This document shows, one piece after another, positions 60,801-61,688 of a DNA stretch of 61,688 nt (the first letter of the stretch is position 1; each line of letters opens with the position of its first letter). The notes below the pieces were generated by a model. It was given only the letters and a program-made list of their open reading frames with translations, searched no databases and was not told the DNA's origin. A program made the position numbers and the translations under genes. The DNA comes from Basidiobolus meristosporus CBS 931.73 (lineage: Eukaryota > Fungi > Basidiobolomycota): assembly GCA_002104905.1 (NCBI GenBank), contig MCFE01000530.1, positions 1-61,688 of the forward strand. Reading direction: 5' to 3'.

Positions 60801-61688
60801 ATGCGTTGCTTCAGCATTTGCACTCTTACTTTCCTCGGCCTTACTGCTGTCTCTTGTGAGGTACTCACCTCGAACATCGTAGATCCATCATTCACAGTAG
60901 AGAATTATGACCCAGCCACCGACTATTTCCCAGACAAAGTCACATGTATGAGCCATTTCATTCGTAGCAGCACTACGAGAGCTTACTGATCATTTCTGTT
61001 CGTTTAGTTAATATCGAAACCGAGCGTAGTATTGAATACAGAATGAACTGGAAGTACGTGCAGCTTTCAAGTACTGATAAATATATCCTCTACCAGCGCG
61101 GGACTCCTCAGCCGCAACGTATCAGCCAATACGACAAGTTCTTTGAAATCCCACTGAATAGAGTGGGTAATGTTGGCCCTACAGAAGCTAGCTATCTAGA
61201 TGTAAGTTTCCACGGTTGGCTAATTTCATAAAGGTGATACAGAGGCGTATTCTAACTCATGGCTCATTCAAGACGCTTGGTCTAGTTGAGCGTATCGTAT
61301 CTGCCTATCCACAGTACTTTACGTCTCCATGCATTGCCAACAACAGTTTTGACGAGAATGTTGATGCCTACTTTACCCCAGACATAGATGTTGATGGAAA
61401 CAAAACCATCAACATCTATGAGGAGGTAACCGCCAGTCCACTTACGAAATCAGACCTACTCAAGGTTTATTCAGTCTTCTTCAACCTGGAGAGGGTTGCC
61501 AACAATGTCACACAAAGCATTCACGACAATTATGACTGTATCAAAAACGAGGTACAGTTGATGGCGGACAAAACCACGCCAAAGGGTTGCTTGGGTCTAT
61601 TTGATCGATGCTATCGACGCAATATCCTATATGCACTGCACTCCTGGCTACTTAAGTCATTTGATGCAGGATAGTGGCGCTCAATTGA
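60801..61688 (+). pseudogene. BtuF/CBA1-like copy 6, runs off the window; +1 frameshift at ~61585
   Basis: Exons 60801-60945, 61008-61201, 61273-end. AAG-G-GTT-GCT-TGG carries an extra G relative to paralogs, which could be an assembly error. Confidence 0.7.

Noticed and set aside
47383-61688. Bacterial contamination or recent horizontal transfer of ABC substrate-binding genes
   Set aside because: All copies have two conserved spliceosomal introns, a eukaryotic signal peptide and a GPI-like tail, with no permease or ATPase partners.

Overview
Eukaryotic genomic DNA, most likely from an early-diverging fungus. This is inferred from ~60-bp GT-AG introns, a PacC-type zinc-finger gene, a metacaspase, DUF1769, an INPP4-type phosphatase and CBA1/BtuF-like genes. 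Because genes are spliced, the six-frame ORF track splits most of them. The window has three zones. (1) ~1-24.2 kb is a strongly CpG-depleted nest of transposons: a two-ORF PIF/Harbinger-type (PHIS) DNA transposon with ATT target duplication, related foldback MITEs, several Ty1/copia copies, a full-length Ty3/gypsy element, a solo LTR and a LINE RT fragment. Several nestings are resolved by exact TSDs. (2) ~24.7-45.5 kb is a CpG-normal block of ordinary genes: DUF1769, a cyclic phosphodiesterase, a DET1-like histidine phosphatase, a metacaspase, an RBM33-like RRM protein, PacC/Rim101, an INPP4-like phosphatase and hypothetical proteins. (3) ~45.8-61.7 kb is a tandem array of a divergently oriented two-gene module. 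One gene (- strand) is single-exon and encodes a secreted precursor (signal peptide, acidic pro-region, 40-aa Arg/Gly/Trp/Tyr-rich tail ending CYDWDC). It sits head-to-head, across a promoter containing ~185-bp repeats, with a 3-exon gene (+ strand) for a periplasmic-binding-protein-like (CBA1/BtuF-like) surface protein with hypervariable loops. A second intact peptide-precursor gene lies at 24.7-25.2 kb. This module is the best candidate for an undescribed system. Its function is inference only.
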